Assembly: GCA_000697335.1 (NCBI GenBank)
Contig: JNEM01011310.1
Coordinates: forward strand, 1 to 36,335
Direction of reading: 5' to 3'
Length of the DNA: 36,335 nucleotides
Origin: Conidiobolus incongruus B7586
Lineage: Eukaryota
Position numbers and translations under genes: made by a program. The notes beneath the pieces are model-generated. The model was given only the letters and a program-made list of their open reading frames with translations, was not told the origin of the DNA and ran no database searches. Every line of letters starts with the position of its first letter. The first letter of the stretch is position 1. Positions 1 through 13,448 of this stretch are shown here, piece after piece.

Positions 1-89
1 TGAAATAAAAGAATATTTTAACTATTAATTATTAAAATATATTGACATCCATTTTAATTTCAATATTTATTAAAATATAAATATTGGAA

Positions 90-1150
90 ATGATTATAAA
101 ATATTTAAGAATAAATGAATAAAAATAATTTTACACTAATTATTCCAATTTTGAAATTTTATAATAACCTGATTCAATATAAAAGTTTAAGATCTTATTC
201 AGAATAACTGGTTTAATGGTAAAAATACCAGATTAAGAATAAAATTCAACTATATTCAACTTTATTTTATTTGAAAAATCAAAAAAAATTATGATATATT
301 AGTGATAATATTCGAATGGTTATTTATGAATAAATTAAAATCTTTAATTAGTCAATACCAATCAATACTGTTAAAATAATAAAGAATTTCAACTATTCAT
401 TCAGTTTAAAAATCTTGTCATTATTTTCATTCTTTTTTGATAAAAAAATTCAATATAATATGAAGTATACTATTAATTAATCAAATCCTATTGTATTCTA
501 ATGAATTTTAAACTTTATCAGCTATCAAAATGATTATTATTTATTTAAATAGATATGAGTTCATATATAAATATAATATATTATAATTATATTCAAAATT
601 ATCAGTTTTTATTTTTTTCATTATAAAATATTAAATTATTTAATTGAATTTGGTTTAGTATATTAAAACATAATTTCTTATTATAATAGTTTGTATATTA
701 CTTATAAAATACTTTGTCAATTATTAATATGAAATAATTAAAGTTTAATTCAAGTAAATAGTATTTTATTGTTTGTTAATAAACCTAAAAACTAAGAATA
801 TTAATTATAAAATAATATCGAATATATAATTATTTTTCAAGGAAGGACTATAAGTCAGATATAATAACTAGCAAATCAATTTAGAATTACGTTTTATATT
901 TGACAATAATTATGTAATATAATTGGTTTATATTGGACTAATTATGACGGATATTGTAGTTAGATGAATTAATAGCAATCAAGAAATCTATATGATCTAT
1001 CAAAATTATTTATACTTGAATCAATTTATAATTAAATATAGTGTGTAGACAATAGAATTTAAATTGTATTAAGTTGAGTGTGCATATATAATAAAATACA
1101 TATTGAAAATAAACTCTTTGAATTTAATCAAATATTCCTAAAATAAATTT
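90..1150 (-). pseudogene. Possible highly decayed LRR/F-box-like gene relic
   Basis: Minus-strand fragments between stops (e.g. ILIDHIDFLIAINSSNYNI, TYSPSLKN, KFQNWNN) resemble RNI-like LRR proteins. No intact ORF; boundaries approximate; pattern recognition only. Confidence 0.25.
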
Positions 1151-4100
1151 AAATTTAAAATTTTTGTCTAAAATTAATATATACAATTATTAAATATTTT
1201 AAGAATACTATTAATATTTTGTTATTAAATTATTATTTAAAAAACTTTTTTTTAATTTTCAATAATTAAATAATGTAATATTAAATTTAATAATGTTTTT
1301 AATAAAATTTGATAATTTTAAAGTATAAATAATTTAGTATTTTCTTTATTATTGAATATCATATTAATTAATGGATTAATTTTATATAATATCTGATTTT
1401 GATCTAATCAAGATAATAAAATTTATATCAATTTTTCCCTTATTTGGATAATCAGTAAAATATATTGATAAAAATTAATTCATATTTTGATTGTAAGCTG
1501 TATGATTATAGTATATTATCATAATATCAAAATTACATTGAAAATGCAGAATTAATAGTTGGTATAGTTTTATTAAGTAAAATAGAAATGTATTATAGAG
1601 TTAAATTATTGTAAATATCTTGAAGTAAATACCGTATATTTTACTAGAATAAATTAATTTTAATGGAATAAAAAAGTTTTTGAAGTGATTATTAGAGTAA
1701 TTTGATTAAAGATGTTTAATTAAAATGAAAAGAAGAAAGAAAGAGGTTAAGATACAAAACATAATAATATTTTATATTCAATTCAAGGATTCAGATTCTG
1801 TTTTTAAAAGAAATCAATGTTAAAATGAAATTTTCACATTCTCATCACACGTTATTGATAGATGTTAAATGGATATTTTTCATATATCGGAGAATCGTGA
1901 GGTTAATAACATTCTTAAGAATTAAAATCTCTTTATCTCATCTGTTGGATTAAATTAGGTTTTCAATGGGAATATTCGTATATTTTTGTGATTTGGTATT
2001 GTCTGGACTTGAATTTAAATGAATTAATAAAAGTAAAACATTCATATTCTTAACAAAAAATTAGAATCATATGCCGATAAACTGAAGTTTGTTTGCGGTT
2101 AAAAATTGCCAAATAAGGTAGTACAGAACAATATATATAAAATTATATATTAATATCAAATTAAAATTATTAAATTATTTTGATATTTTTACCGTTTAAG
2201 GATTGCAAATATTTAGGAAGTAATCAATAATTCTATGAATTCTAATTCATTTGAATTTTCTAGAAATTAATATGATTAATTTTGAGGTTTTGAGTTAAAT
2301 TTATATATTAAATATTTTGATGATTTGAGTAAATATTGATTATGTATAACAACTGAAAAGTGACTTGTAATTTTAAATTTAATGTGATGTGTGAAATATG
2401 AATATACAAGTTCCATTAACAGAAGGCTAATTGATCAGAATTAAATAATATTAATTAAAAGAAAATATCACAGCAATATCATAAGTTAAGATATTTAATT
2501 AACTCCTTACATTTATTTTCAGTCACAATTTCTTGATAGTAACAATTTGATGGCATTAATAGTGTCAAAATTATGAAGTAAAACAAATCAATCAAATGAG
2601 TCCCCATTTTATGGGGAATTGAAATTCGATTGAATTAATTAGGCGGACCATTAGATTTAGTATTCATGTGGACCAATATCTTATGGTCTATTTGTGTTAC
2701 TCTGTATGAGTATTCGTTGATGTTCACATATGATAACATCTTCTTTGATCATTTTATTGTTTTTATGAAACATATTAATCATGATATATTCTAAAAAATA
2801 TACTAATTAGTCAATATTTATATTTGTTATATCTTATTGGTTAATAATAATTTCAAACTCTTATAATATTTTATATATACTCTTTATATAGTTAAATTCT
2901 ATAAACTGTTATTCTAATTCTGAAATTGAGATATTGTCTGTTGATAATCATAGGAGATCTTAATAATATCTAAATAGGATATAAAAATATTATTGATTTA
3001 TGAAATTAATTGTATTCAAATATAATATATTAACAATATGGTTTATATGAAATATAAATATTACTTAATAAACAATAAATTATAGTGCTGCCGATTGGCT
3101 TCATTTTAGTAGTTATTGGGCTGATTTTTTATCTATACATGTGCAGAATAAAAGAAGCCATAAAATGAATTAAACCTTAAGAAATTTCTTCAAATATCAA
3201 ATATTATTTAAAAATAATTTTTTGTACATAAACAAATGGATTTTATTTCCATGAAAAGTAATTTGTTCAACTTCCTTCTTTACCCAATCCACCTAGTGTA
3301 CATTAAAACTAATTCAGTTCAATTAACGGGATTGTTTCCTTCAGTCCTAAATTAACTTTAGGGTTATGATATCATCGTTTAATTTGATTAACCAAATTTT
3401 GTCAAACTATTAAGTAGTGTTATTCATTTCAAAACTCCCTTTTAATATATTCTTTAATCAATATACTTAATATTATAATCATATTCAGAACTCATAAAGG
3501 ACTACTTTCATCAATTAACGTTAGTAAAAATTTAATTCACACTTAATATAAATGAGTTTTCCACAATATGAAATCATTCCGTTAGTACACATATTCAATA
3601 TAAATTAAAATTAAAATAGTAAATATCGGGTTTTAATAAATAAATATTATAAATATTTATATAATAAAATATAATTATTAGTCAAATTTTAATACATATA
3701 AATTTAAAATGATTATTTAAAAAAATGAATTATAATAAATATGAAATATTTTAAGATTAATAGGAATATAATTATTTTTTTTTTCAAAATAAAAAATATG
3801 ATTTTAAGTATTTTTGATTTATTAGGAAATAAAATTAATAATAAAATAAATTTTGAAAAATAATTAAATATGAAAAGAATAATATAAAACAAGCATGCTT
3901 AAAATCCTTGGACTGTCATTTGGAAATTAGATGGAGAATTGATCACACATTTCACAGTCTTAAAAGGATGTTATTTAGAGAATTGCAAGAGTACTAATCA
4001 ATCATGACAGCTGATGAGGACAATATAGCCAAATATTCTTTTTTAGTAAATGTACTAATTAATCAAGTGGGTTTTTTCACGAGTCTTTAGAATTCAGCAG

Positions 4101-4216
4101 ATTGTATTACACAGACCTCAACAAGTTCTTTTGTCCTCGTAATTGCTCGCCCTCATGGAGGTGGAATTAAAATTGCGATTTTTATGTGCATGGGTATATG
4201 AGCAGAGCTTGATTGA

Positions 4217-4392
4217 ATTGGCCAATAGATTTTTGTGATAAGCAATTTGGCTGTAATGGGACTTCTATCCACTACCTACATTAACTCGTTGAAAAATTTT
4301 TCACTCATGTTTGATTGGACGGCCCCTCACTCGACCAATCATGCATGGTAAATTCCAAACCCACAACCGTCCCACCTGAGTTTCGTATAAAA
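4217..4392 (+). promoter_or_regulatory. Promoter of the DUF3020 gene: four CCAAT/ATTGG boxes and a TATA box
   Basis: ATTGGCCAAT palindrome at 4217-4226, ATTGG at 4314-4318, CCAAT at 4335-4339 and TATAAAA at 4386-4392, about 85 bp upstream of the ATG, in a locally GC-richer stretch. Confidence 0.55.
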
Positions 4393-4476
4393 AGCTAATT
4401 TGGGACTGAAAATTTTTCAACTTGATTTCCAAGTCCTATATTTCACTTAAGTGCTGGGTTTATTACTTCATTTAAG

Positions 4477-5079
4477 ATGGCTCCCGTTCATAAAATCCTT
4501 CGCAACCGTGCCACCCCAGTCCCTTCTTCTGCCCCCACATCCTTACCTTCTTCCCCTCGCCCTAGTTCTACTTCTGAACAAGATGCCGCTACTCTCGAAA
4601 TGATCCGTAAAAAGAACAGGGAGCGCAAAATGATTTGGCGTAAGAACAACAGTGGCAAGAATAAAGATAATGATCTTAAATGCCGTGTTAAGAAGCGCGC
4701 TAATGACTTATACGGTCCCTTCGATTCAGTTGCCAAACAAATGTTTATTGAGCAAGAATTTCAAAAGCGCCGTAATAAGAGACTCGCAAGGGAAAACCGC
4801 TTAAACCAGAATGGATCTCCTCAACCCACTCCCAGTGTTGGATATGAGGATGTTGCTGACATGTTGGGATTCTCTTCTAGCAGCTTTACTAACACTCCTG
4901 CCGAATCCAGTCCCACACCAATGCCTGAAGAAGTTCCTAATGTCATTCCCACATTCTTCCGTGGATCATTGGAAATTTCAACTAAGCGTCGCTTCGTTCC
5001 AGATACTCCATCTAATGTTGCTGATGATACTATCGCCATTGCCCAAGCCTTAGTTGACTTCAGTCAATCCTTCTGTTAA
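4477..5079 (+). CDS. DUF3020-domain protein (Spp41/Adn1-like putative nuclear regulator), 200 aa, intronless
   Basis: IRKKNRERKMIWRKNNSGKNKDNDLKCRVKKRANDLYG...FIEQEFQKRRNKR matches the fungal DUF3020 pattern (NRERKKxWR...NKDNDLRxRVxKRA). S/P-rich flanks and coding-like GC content. Confidence 0.8.
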   Translation: MAPVHKILRNRATPVPSSAPTSLPSSPRPSSTSEQDAATLEMIRKKNRERKMIWRKNNSGKNKDNDLKCRVKKRANDLYGPFDSVAKQMFIEQEFQKRRNKRLARENRLNQNGSPQPTPSVGYEDVADMLGFSSSSFTNTPAESSPTPMPEEVPNVIPTFFRGSLEISTKRRFVPDTPSNVADDTIAIAQALVDFSQSFC

Positions 5080-5417
5080 TGACCACTCACTGCCCTTCCA
5101 TCTCCATGTATAGAATACCAATCTCTCATTTTAATTATTTATTCGATAGACTCCCCCCCTTCCGCTTCATTACTAATCCGCTTTAAGACAGTTAATGATG
5201 AATTCATTCTGTCCTAGTATAATTTGACTCCCTCAAATTATATATAACCTTATTCCTCTCATGATCCCCATTATAGAATTCATATTTATTAAGTTTTAAT
5301 AATACCATTTTGCATATATAATACACCAATATCAACTAAAGTTTGATATTACTAATGAAATCATCAATTAACCCATGTAGAATAATTTAATAATAAAAAA
5401 TAAACATAATAATAAAC

Positions 5418-5439
5418 ATAATAATAATAATAATAATAA
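5418..5439 (+). repeat. (AAT)n microsatellite
   Basis: About 7 tandem AAT/TAA units read directly from the sequence. Confidence 0.7.
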
Positions 5440-8072
5440 CTTATTGTTTTTCTGTTTCTAAACTAATGATCCAAAATATTATTCTTGCTTTTTAGAAATT
5501 AATTAACCAATAAACTTAGACATTGTATTAAAATAAAAAAATATTTATAAAAAATTCTTAATTCTCAATTAATGTAAAATTCTATATTCGTATTAATAAC
5601 TTGAGAAATATTAAAATTAAATGAATTCAATTTTGATGTATAATGATTTTATTCCCTATTTAAATACTAGTATGAGATTTAAATGTCCTTATTGTTAAAT
5701 ACAATTCTTAGAATATATAGTATATATTATTAAATGTATATTTCAAAAAATTATTATTGAAATATAGAATAATTTATATAATTTATATATGATATTATTA
5801 ATTTATCAATTAATTGATTAAGGTAAATTATTATTATTAAAAATTTTCATAATTTTTAATTTTTTATTTTTCAAAAGATATATTGAAGAAAAAAAAATAA
5901 GGAAAATTTTCAATGTAAAAATTATTAAATATTATCAATATTTACTATTCTATAATATATATATATATTAATCAATTTATATGAAAATTAAAGGGATTTT
6001 CATATTAGAATATCAAATTTTAAAAAATACTTTAAATCATAATAATGATTTAAAATTTCAATTAATTGTATGTATATATAATTGATATTATATACTTAAA
6101 ATAACTATAATTAAATTAATCACTATTAAATAAATGAATTAATATCAAAATAATTGATAATTGATAATTGATAATATATAATATATAACCTTAATATTAC
6201 ATAATCTTTTAAACATTATAGATAGATAGATCAATACTATAAAATTCTAAAATAATAACTGAGAAGATAATGATTATTTTAGTATTATAGATGGATTAAC
6301 TATAAAACCAGTTTTTATCATTTTTATATGTTTATTATCTTACGAATTTTATTAAATATTTGAGACTTAATAATTTTTTTAATAATGATCAAATAAATTT
6401 ATTCAACTATTAAAGTGAAATCACTATAAGTTGAGTTATTGGTAATGAATGTTAGAACAATAATATGGTAGATAATTCTAATTAGAGATTATTTGCATAT
6501 AAAGGAATATTAAAATAGTTATATCTATAGCATGCATATTCATGAAATATTGCTTATAATGTTGTACATATGATATTCCTAATAATATTAATAATCAACT
6601 ATCATCTCAAAATCATTTAATAAATTGAAAAAATCAAGTTAATATTTACATTATTATTTTTATTATTCAATTATTTAATTAAATCATAATTTCTTTCATA
6701 TTTTGAAATAACGTGTTATTATACAATTTAACTACGATTAGAAAATTTTTTTATTTTATTTACATTTTTGGTAATTTCCCCACAATCAATATTTTTCCAG
6801 TGATTTTACAGTTTGTACAACTTTTGATTTGATTTAATTGTACTTAGTGAATATAAAATTGTCATTAAAATATTAGTCAATTTCATTGTATTAGAAATAT
6901 TATAAAATTAATTAATTAATAATTTTATATAATTAAAAAGTTTATAAGAGTTCATAATTGAAATATAAATTATTTTTAAATTAAGTTAATATAATTTATT
7001 ATAGACAATTTGTTTAATATTTATTAAATCATTGAAATATTTTAAATGTGCATTAAATATATAATTTTACCATTAAAATAAGAACATTTGCACTTTAGAT
7101 GATTAAATTAAAAATAACCTAAACAAGGGATGAATACTCCAATATCAAAAAAAGTTAGTTTTAATAAAATTAAATAATGCTCAACCGAAGATAGAGAGTA
7201 TATTTTATAGTAATCATAGTATACAAAAGTGAGTATAAAGTACAGCCAATATCGGATATAAAATTCAGAGTACTCTAATTGTGATAATTAAAGTTTGAAT
7301 CAAATTATTTAAATTTTTATCCAAAAGTTGAGAAATTAAAAAAAATAAAGAAAAAAAAATTAAAAATAGATAATATTAAAAATAGTAAATTACATTTAAT
7401 AATTAAAATAATTTTTAATATTCACTAATTATCTTAATAATGTTTTAATAATACATTTTGGTGTATAATTCTAAATTTATTATAAAATTTCCTTTTTTTA
7501 ATTCATAATTTTATAAAAATATTTATTATTTTTTTTAAATTAATATCTTATTTAATACTAAAACTAATTTTAATTCATATTAGTAATATCATTAATTTTT
7601 TTTTAATTTTTAATTTATTTTTTCTATATTTTTATTCACATAATTAAATTTTATAAATTATTAATTATTGAAAAAATTTTTATATATTAACAGCTATTAT
7701 TTTATTTTAATATTAATATTAATTATTATGAATATTTTAATTTATAAATAGTATGATATTAATATTTTAATATATTATAAAAATAATTATAATTCTTTAT
7801 TATATTTTGTTGTATAATTAAATTATTATAAATTTCGATTTTTAATCCTTTTAATATGTTTTTATAAAATTATCAGTGTACTTATTTATCTCTGCAAATT
7901 CACTCTTATTTAGTTTTTATATTAATATTAGTCTATCATTTTGTAACTTTAATTATTTACTATCTTGGCTATTATAATTAAAAATTGAATTAAAGATTGA
8001 AATTTATTAAAAATATTATCGTTTTATTAATCATCTATCAAAAATATCCAAACATATTCTATTATCTTATAT

Positions 8073-10779
8073 TTAAGTGAAGAGACATAAAGTATGATCC
8101 GCACCACACGAGAAGATCCAGGGTTGAGTGGGATGGAACTGAGTTTGTAAGACACCTAAACTGTCCGTGATTTCATGACCTCTCAAGATCTTGACAGGGA
8201 CAATAAGAGGATTTTGTAAGAGGTCGGAGTATACCATACCATGGAAGATTTGGATGGTACCATCGTCCGAACTTGAGGCGAAGAGTGGGTAGCGAGGATG
8301 ATAGGTGACTGAACGGATGGCTTGCTTGTGGAATCGGAGGGTCTTATAGGGCTTGCTGGACCAGTCCAAATCGAACCAGCAGAGTCTTCTATCATAACTA
8401 CCTACAATGACGTTGTCACCCTTAGGATGGACATCCAAACTAGATAACCATTGAGCTCCAGATTGTAAAGTACGTTCCAGTTTTTGAAGTTGCAAGTTAT
8501 AAATACGGACAGTGCGTTGTAATAACACCAAAAAGTGTGGCTTGGTGGGGTGGAACATAAGTTTTTGAACTTTACCTTGGAGCTTGTGGAAAGGTCTTTG
8601 AGTAGAGTGTTTGGAGAGTTGATGGATCAAGATGGAGTTGGGACCATCTTCAGGTGAGAGAGTGGCAAAGTAGTCACCCTTACGATGCCAGATAACTTGG
8701 GCTAAGTCTTTAGTGACACCAATAACAGCCAAGACATCTTGGTCAGCTTCAGATTGAGTGGGCTTTCTCCATTCAGCCTTGGATTTGTCAGTCTTCATAC
8801 CAGCAGCAGCTCTACCTGAGCTAATTAAAGAAGTAGTTCTAGTCAAAGCTTCAGAATGAGTAAGTAATTCAGGGCAGAGTAGCCAGACTTCATTCTCACA
8901 GCAAATAGCAATCAAATTAATTTCAGGGTTAGGATTCCAAGCGACTGAGGTAATAGGAGCAGATAATTTGTAACTCTTGAGGCATCTACCAGTAGAAACT
9001 TCCCAAATTTTAACAGTTTTGTCATCTGAACCACTAACCATGTAGACACCAGAAGGGTCAAGGGAGAAGGAACGAATACGATGAGTGTGTCCCTTATATC
9101 TAATGGCCAATTTGGTAGGGAAAGGCTGGAGATCTTTAGGATCAGGTAGTTTGGGAATTAAAGATTCAGGATCAATATCCAACTAATATAATAAATGAGT
9201 AAAAATAATGTGATAAGTACAAAATAACTAACCTTATTCTTTCTAGATCTAGGATTCAAATAGAGATTCATACATCTCTTGAAAGCTTCTTGGTAGCTTC
9301 TAGCATAACCAGGAACACTTCTCAAATTATTATACCTAATAATAATCAATCAATCATGCAAATCAATATATTTACCCAATAAAATTACTTTTGAGGAATA
9401 AAGTCCTTTTCACGATCTTCGGGAGCAGTCTTTTGCCATTCTTCCTTCTCTTCGTCATTAAACAAGTATTCTTCGGGAGGATTGTAGGATTCACTATGAT
9501 CTGGTAAGGCCTTCTTGGGAGCTGGCATAAAGTCTCTGTCTCTCATCTTGTTTTCAGCAGAATCGTCCCAAAGGTTGTAAGTCTTAGGAGTTTTAGACTT
9601 TTTGACCTTCTTTAACACAATTTTGCCCTCTCTGATGGCTCTAACTAATTTCATAATCTAAAAATTATGATTAATAACTATAATATTATAGTTTGATGAT
9701 AAAATTATACCTTTTGATTTTCCCATTTGGAAGGTTGGAATCTGCGTTTAGGTTCAGGAGCAGAGCTCAAAGGCATTTCTTCTACTTTAGAAGTGAAATA
9801 TTCGATGGTTGGCTAATTAATTATATTAGAAATTAGCTAATGAATATAACCAGTATATAAAATGCTTACTTCATAAGGATTGTAATCAAGTTGAGGGAAT
9901 TGACCCAATTGAACTTTCTTAATAATTTGTAATTCTTCTTCAGACAATTTAACATTCTTTTGACCCAATTCATCACGAACAGTTTTCCTAATTTTGAATA
10001 AATAAACCTGAATATATATAAAATCATGAAATAGTTATTACCAAGCGTCGGGATCGTCCATTTGATCCAAGAATTTATCTAATTCGTCACCTTGAGCAGG
10101 ACGGTAGATCTTTTTACCATCGACATTGTAACCAATGTGAGGGAATTCATCGTACCATTCCATAGGAACATTACCAATAGTATTTTCATTCTAAAAAAAT
10201 GTTAAAATAGTTATTACATTAGAAATATTTGCATAATTACATCTTCAGCAGAAGTATCAGAATCATAGATGGGATCGATTTCTGGAAGCTTTTCATTGGG
10301 ATCTTTCTTAGATTTTTTATCAGTTTTGGGTTTAGTTTCTTCTTCCCAATCAAATTCAGATCTAAAAATTTGAATCAGAATATGTATAAAATTGGGAATT
10401 ATTCTAATATTTACTCAGAATCATCATCATCATCATCTTCACTAACATCAGGATCAGAATCCAATTCTTCATCATCTTCACCGTCATCCTCCTCTTCAAT
10501 ATCAGCTTCTTCATTATCGGATTCATCCTTCAAAGTTTCACTTCCGTCAGTATCGGATTCAGGGAAGTCCAATTCGTCACCAGAATATTTTTCCTCTTCA
10601 TCTTCGTTAATAGTCTCCTCATCGCCCTCAATGGTCATAGAATCCAATTTAAATTCTGTATCGTTAACAGTTTTTTCCAATTGTTGATCGAACTCATCAT
10701 CACTTTCAATTTCCTTTAAGGTTCTAACTTTATCATTTTTACTAGATTTTTCTTGAAGTTTGGATTTAGATTTAGCCAT
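8073..10779 (-). CDS. ERB1: Ribosome biogenesis protein ERB1/BOP1 (PeBoW complex), about 778 aa, 8 exons
   Basis: Exons 10779-10415, 10361-10241, 10190-10042, 9987-9870, 9812-9711, 9657-9389, 9335-9233, 9182-8073; all introns GT-AG and frame is conserved. Acidic N-terminus, BOP1NT motifs ([58 protein letters not shown]) and a WD40 C-terminus ending [21 protein letters not shown]. Confidence 0.97.
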
Positions 10780-11237
10780 TATTTTAATTATTTTTTTAAA
10801 AAATCAATTATAAATTAATTTATAATAATCAATTATTTTTAATTAATTGTATATTCTATACTTTAAATTGACTTTTTAGTGAATTATAAAATTTGATAAG
10901 GTTAAATTTATGAGAATTTAACCTAAATATATTTTATGGGATTAATCCTCAAATATAGTAAAGAAATTGAATTTATTTAATCAACATATTAATCAATAAT
11001 TATGAATAATATAGGATTTAAATATTTATTGAAATATAATCAAATGATTGTTTTTTTCATAATTGTTTATAGATATTTCTGTTAGAAACACTATAATATA
11101 TGATACATTAAAATTTAATCTATTTACAAATCGATATCATCCCATAATATTTTTAGTTATACCCGAATATAAATATTTTCAAATGTTATAAATTAATAAA
11201 ATACCAATCAAAATAATAGTTATTTAGCATTTAATAA

Positions 11238-12824
11238 ATGGAAAATAGTAATAATATTTCAACACCCATTAAAAATGGCCCACCTGATGCAGATTCAGAT
11301 CCCGTTCAACTTACTCCCGCTCAATTAAGAATTGCTAATAAAAGAGTAATGCTATCTTATCTATAATGAGTTTATAATTAATCAATTTTGACTTAGAAAC
11401 AACTATTTTCAGGGAAATCATCTAGTAAAAATGATTCGATGAACACACCGTCAAAATCAGCACAAATTCCAGTTAATAGATTTGCTAATACGCCGTCCAA
11501 GAGGGAAGACATTGTCACTCCTGTGAAACATGCGAGATCTTCGATGAATTTGAAAAGAACTTCGTCATTGATGGATATGTTTCAAACTCTTTCTAACGAG
11601 CTTAGAGTTCCTGAAATTGTAGAAAATGGATCACTGTCTAAATCTTTACACCAACTATCTGAGGTTGACTTCATTTCAAAACATAATTTCGATAGTGAAA
11701 ATAGCCAAGATGAAGAAAGTGTTGGATCGTTTTATAGTGAAGAGGAAGAGAGTGAACAAGTTGAAATGGCTATTGTTACACCTGTCAAAAAGGGTAAACT
11801 GATCCAGAATTCGGATTCTATGATGCTTTCTTGGAGTCAAAAGAAACCTGATACGCCTTCTATACCTCTTCCAGAGTTACCCAAATTTGATAAATTGAGC
11901 ACAGCTCAAAAAATCGAACCTAGTCCTCAATTACATATTGATTTATTAGATCAAACATTAAAAACTCAGGTTACATTCCAATGGAAAGAATCTGTTAACT
12001 TTCAAAAACTAGGTAATCATGACAAGATTAAGTCTTATATAACGAGTGGCATTCAATTAGACACTGAGAACTCTGTCGAGTCATCGCTTTACAAATTTTA
12101 TGCATCGACTATCAATTATCAATACCCATTAAGACCTTTTTCCCCTTCATTTTCCAACAGTTTAAAGTCCATACTACTGAAGCCTATTCGATTCAATACT
12201 CAACAAACTGCATCCAAAACCAAGACTGCCAAGCAGGATTTGCAGACAAAAGAAAAGAATTTCTACCTCCAGTTGGTATTGGAATGGTCCCAAGTGTTTG
12301 ACAACCTCTTCAAAAGCTACTTCTCCTATAAATTAATCCAACAATTCACTTATATCAACTGCTCATTCAGTGTGCAATTCATCACCTGCCAAGAAGCCCA
12401 AATTCCCCAATGCATTATTTACAACTGTCCCTTCTCATTCAAAAACTATCTTAACAAAAACTCTGTCAAATATGAAATTTTGACAAATTCCAACACTTCC
12501 AAATTCTCGACACCCACTACGAATGTATGGATCTTAACTCTCGAGGGAGTACAACAAGTTTACAGTTATTTAAAAACTTACAAGCCTATCGAAATAGATT
12601 TTGAATCTTTTTCGCTTCCGAAATTGATTTGCAGAGATCCTTTCCTATTGGGAACTAAAATATTACCCGAATTACAATGGAAGGATGATAAATTGGAATT
12701 TGGTAATGGGTTTTTGATGCAGTCTCAAGTGAAGGAGATTCAGGATTGTTTGGGTGAGTTGATCAAGGATGATAAAATTAACTTTAATTGTACTACTTTG
12801 ACTAAATTGAATCCTAATACTTAA
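11238..12824 (+). CDS. DONSON: DONSON-like (downstream neighbor of SON / humpty dumpty family) replication factor, about 511 aa, 2 exons
   Basis: Exon 1 11238-11345, GT-AG intron 11346-11396, exon 2 11397-12824 in frame. Collinear motif similarity to animal DONSON as I recall it: DQTLKTQVTF~DWSIKTRLLF, FYASTINYQYP~FQQSLIYWLHP, EWSQVFDNLF~DWSVSFTSLY, FTYINCSFSVQF~FYVCTYQFTVLF, LPKLICRDPFLLGT~PPTLLSPVAFRGAT, LEFGNGFLM~LEITGPIM. Confidence 0.75.
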
Positions 12825-13448
12825 TAAAATCAACTTTAATTGGTTGTTTTTTATTTGTTCATAATTTTGATTTATTATAATCAATTGCAATACTTGATAA
12901 TTAATGATTCCATATAATCAAAATTCGTAAAATTAACAATATATTAAGCAAATATAATTAAATAATGATATATTACAAATTTATTTATGTATTTATTTTC
13001 AAGCAATAAATCAAAACAAGATGATGATTTTGAATTTTTAAATTTTTTACTCATCAAATTGTAATAATTCTTAAGACAATATTTTATAATGATATTACTT
13101 CTATATTATATTGATATCTGGTTTAACTAGATAAGCTTACTATAAATTATAGCTAATAGTAAAAGATCGATTATTGATGATATAAAGTAATTAATAAACT
13201 TGCTTAATGAGTGTTCAATAAATTCTTATTAAAGTTCAGAGACTTAAACCAATATAACTCTCTTATAAATAATTCGATTAAACCATTATATCAGACTGAA
13301 TTCATTCTATTATTAAACTCGGGCTGAAATATGATTCTAGCCTTTAAGTTTAAAATTGTTATATCCATGTTGAAATAACCAATTATAAATGTATTACGAT
13401 AGATGGAAAAGTATTTATTAATGTATAATAATGGTTATATAATATCAT

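Noticed and set aside
4488..5053. Short overlapping ORFs in the DUF3020 gene, and similar ones inside ERB1, DONSON, PIF1, DPB2, ACY1 and the ICE1-like gene
   Set aside because: Alternative-frame or antisense ORFs within better supported genes, with no recognisable motifs.
5166..5202. Weak hairpin in the DUF3020 3' UTR as a SECIS or snoRNA
   Set aside because: AU-rich imperfect stem, no in-frame UGA in the CDS, and no convincing box C/D pair.
6151..6175. (TAATTGA)x3 and other short tandem repeats such as AAAGAGAAC near 21328
   Set aside because: Ordinary slippage repeats in AT-rich DNA with no spacer structure; not CRISPR-like.
8073..9182. ORF-track entries starting at TTG/GTG (e.g. 9182, 14215, 32130) as standalone genes
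   Set aside because: They are internal exons of spliced genes; upstream exons join them in frame.
10229..10687. 152-aa Ser-rich plus-strand ORF
   Set aside because: Antisense shadow of the Asp/Glu-rich first exons of ERB1.
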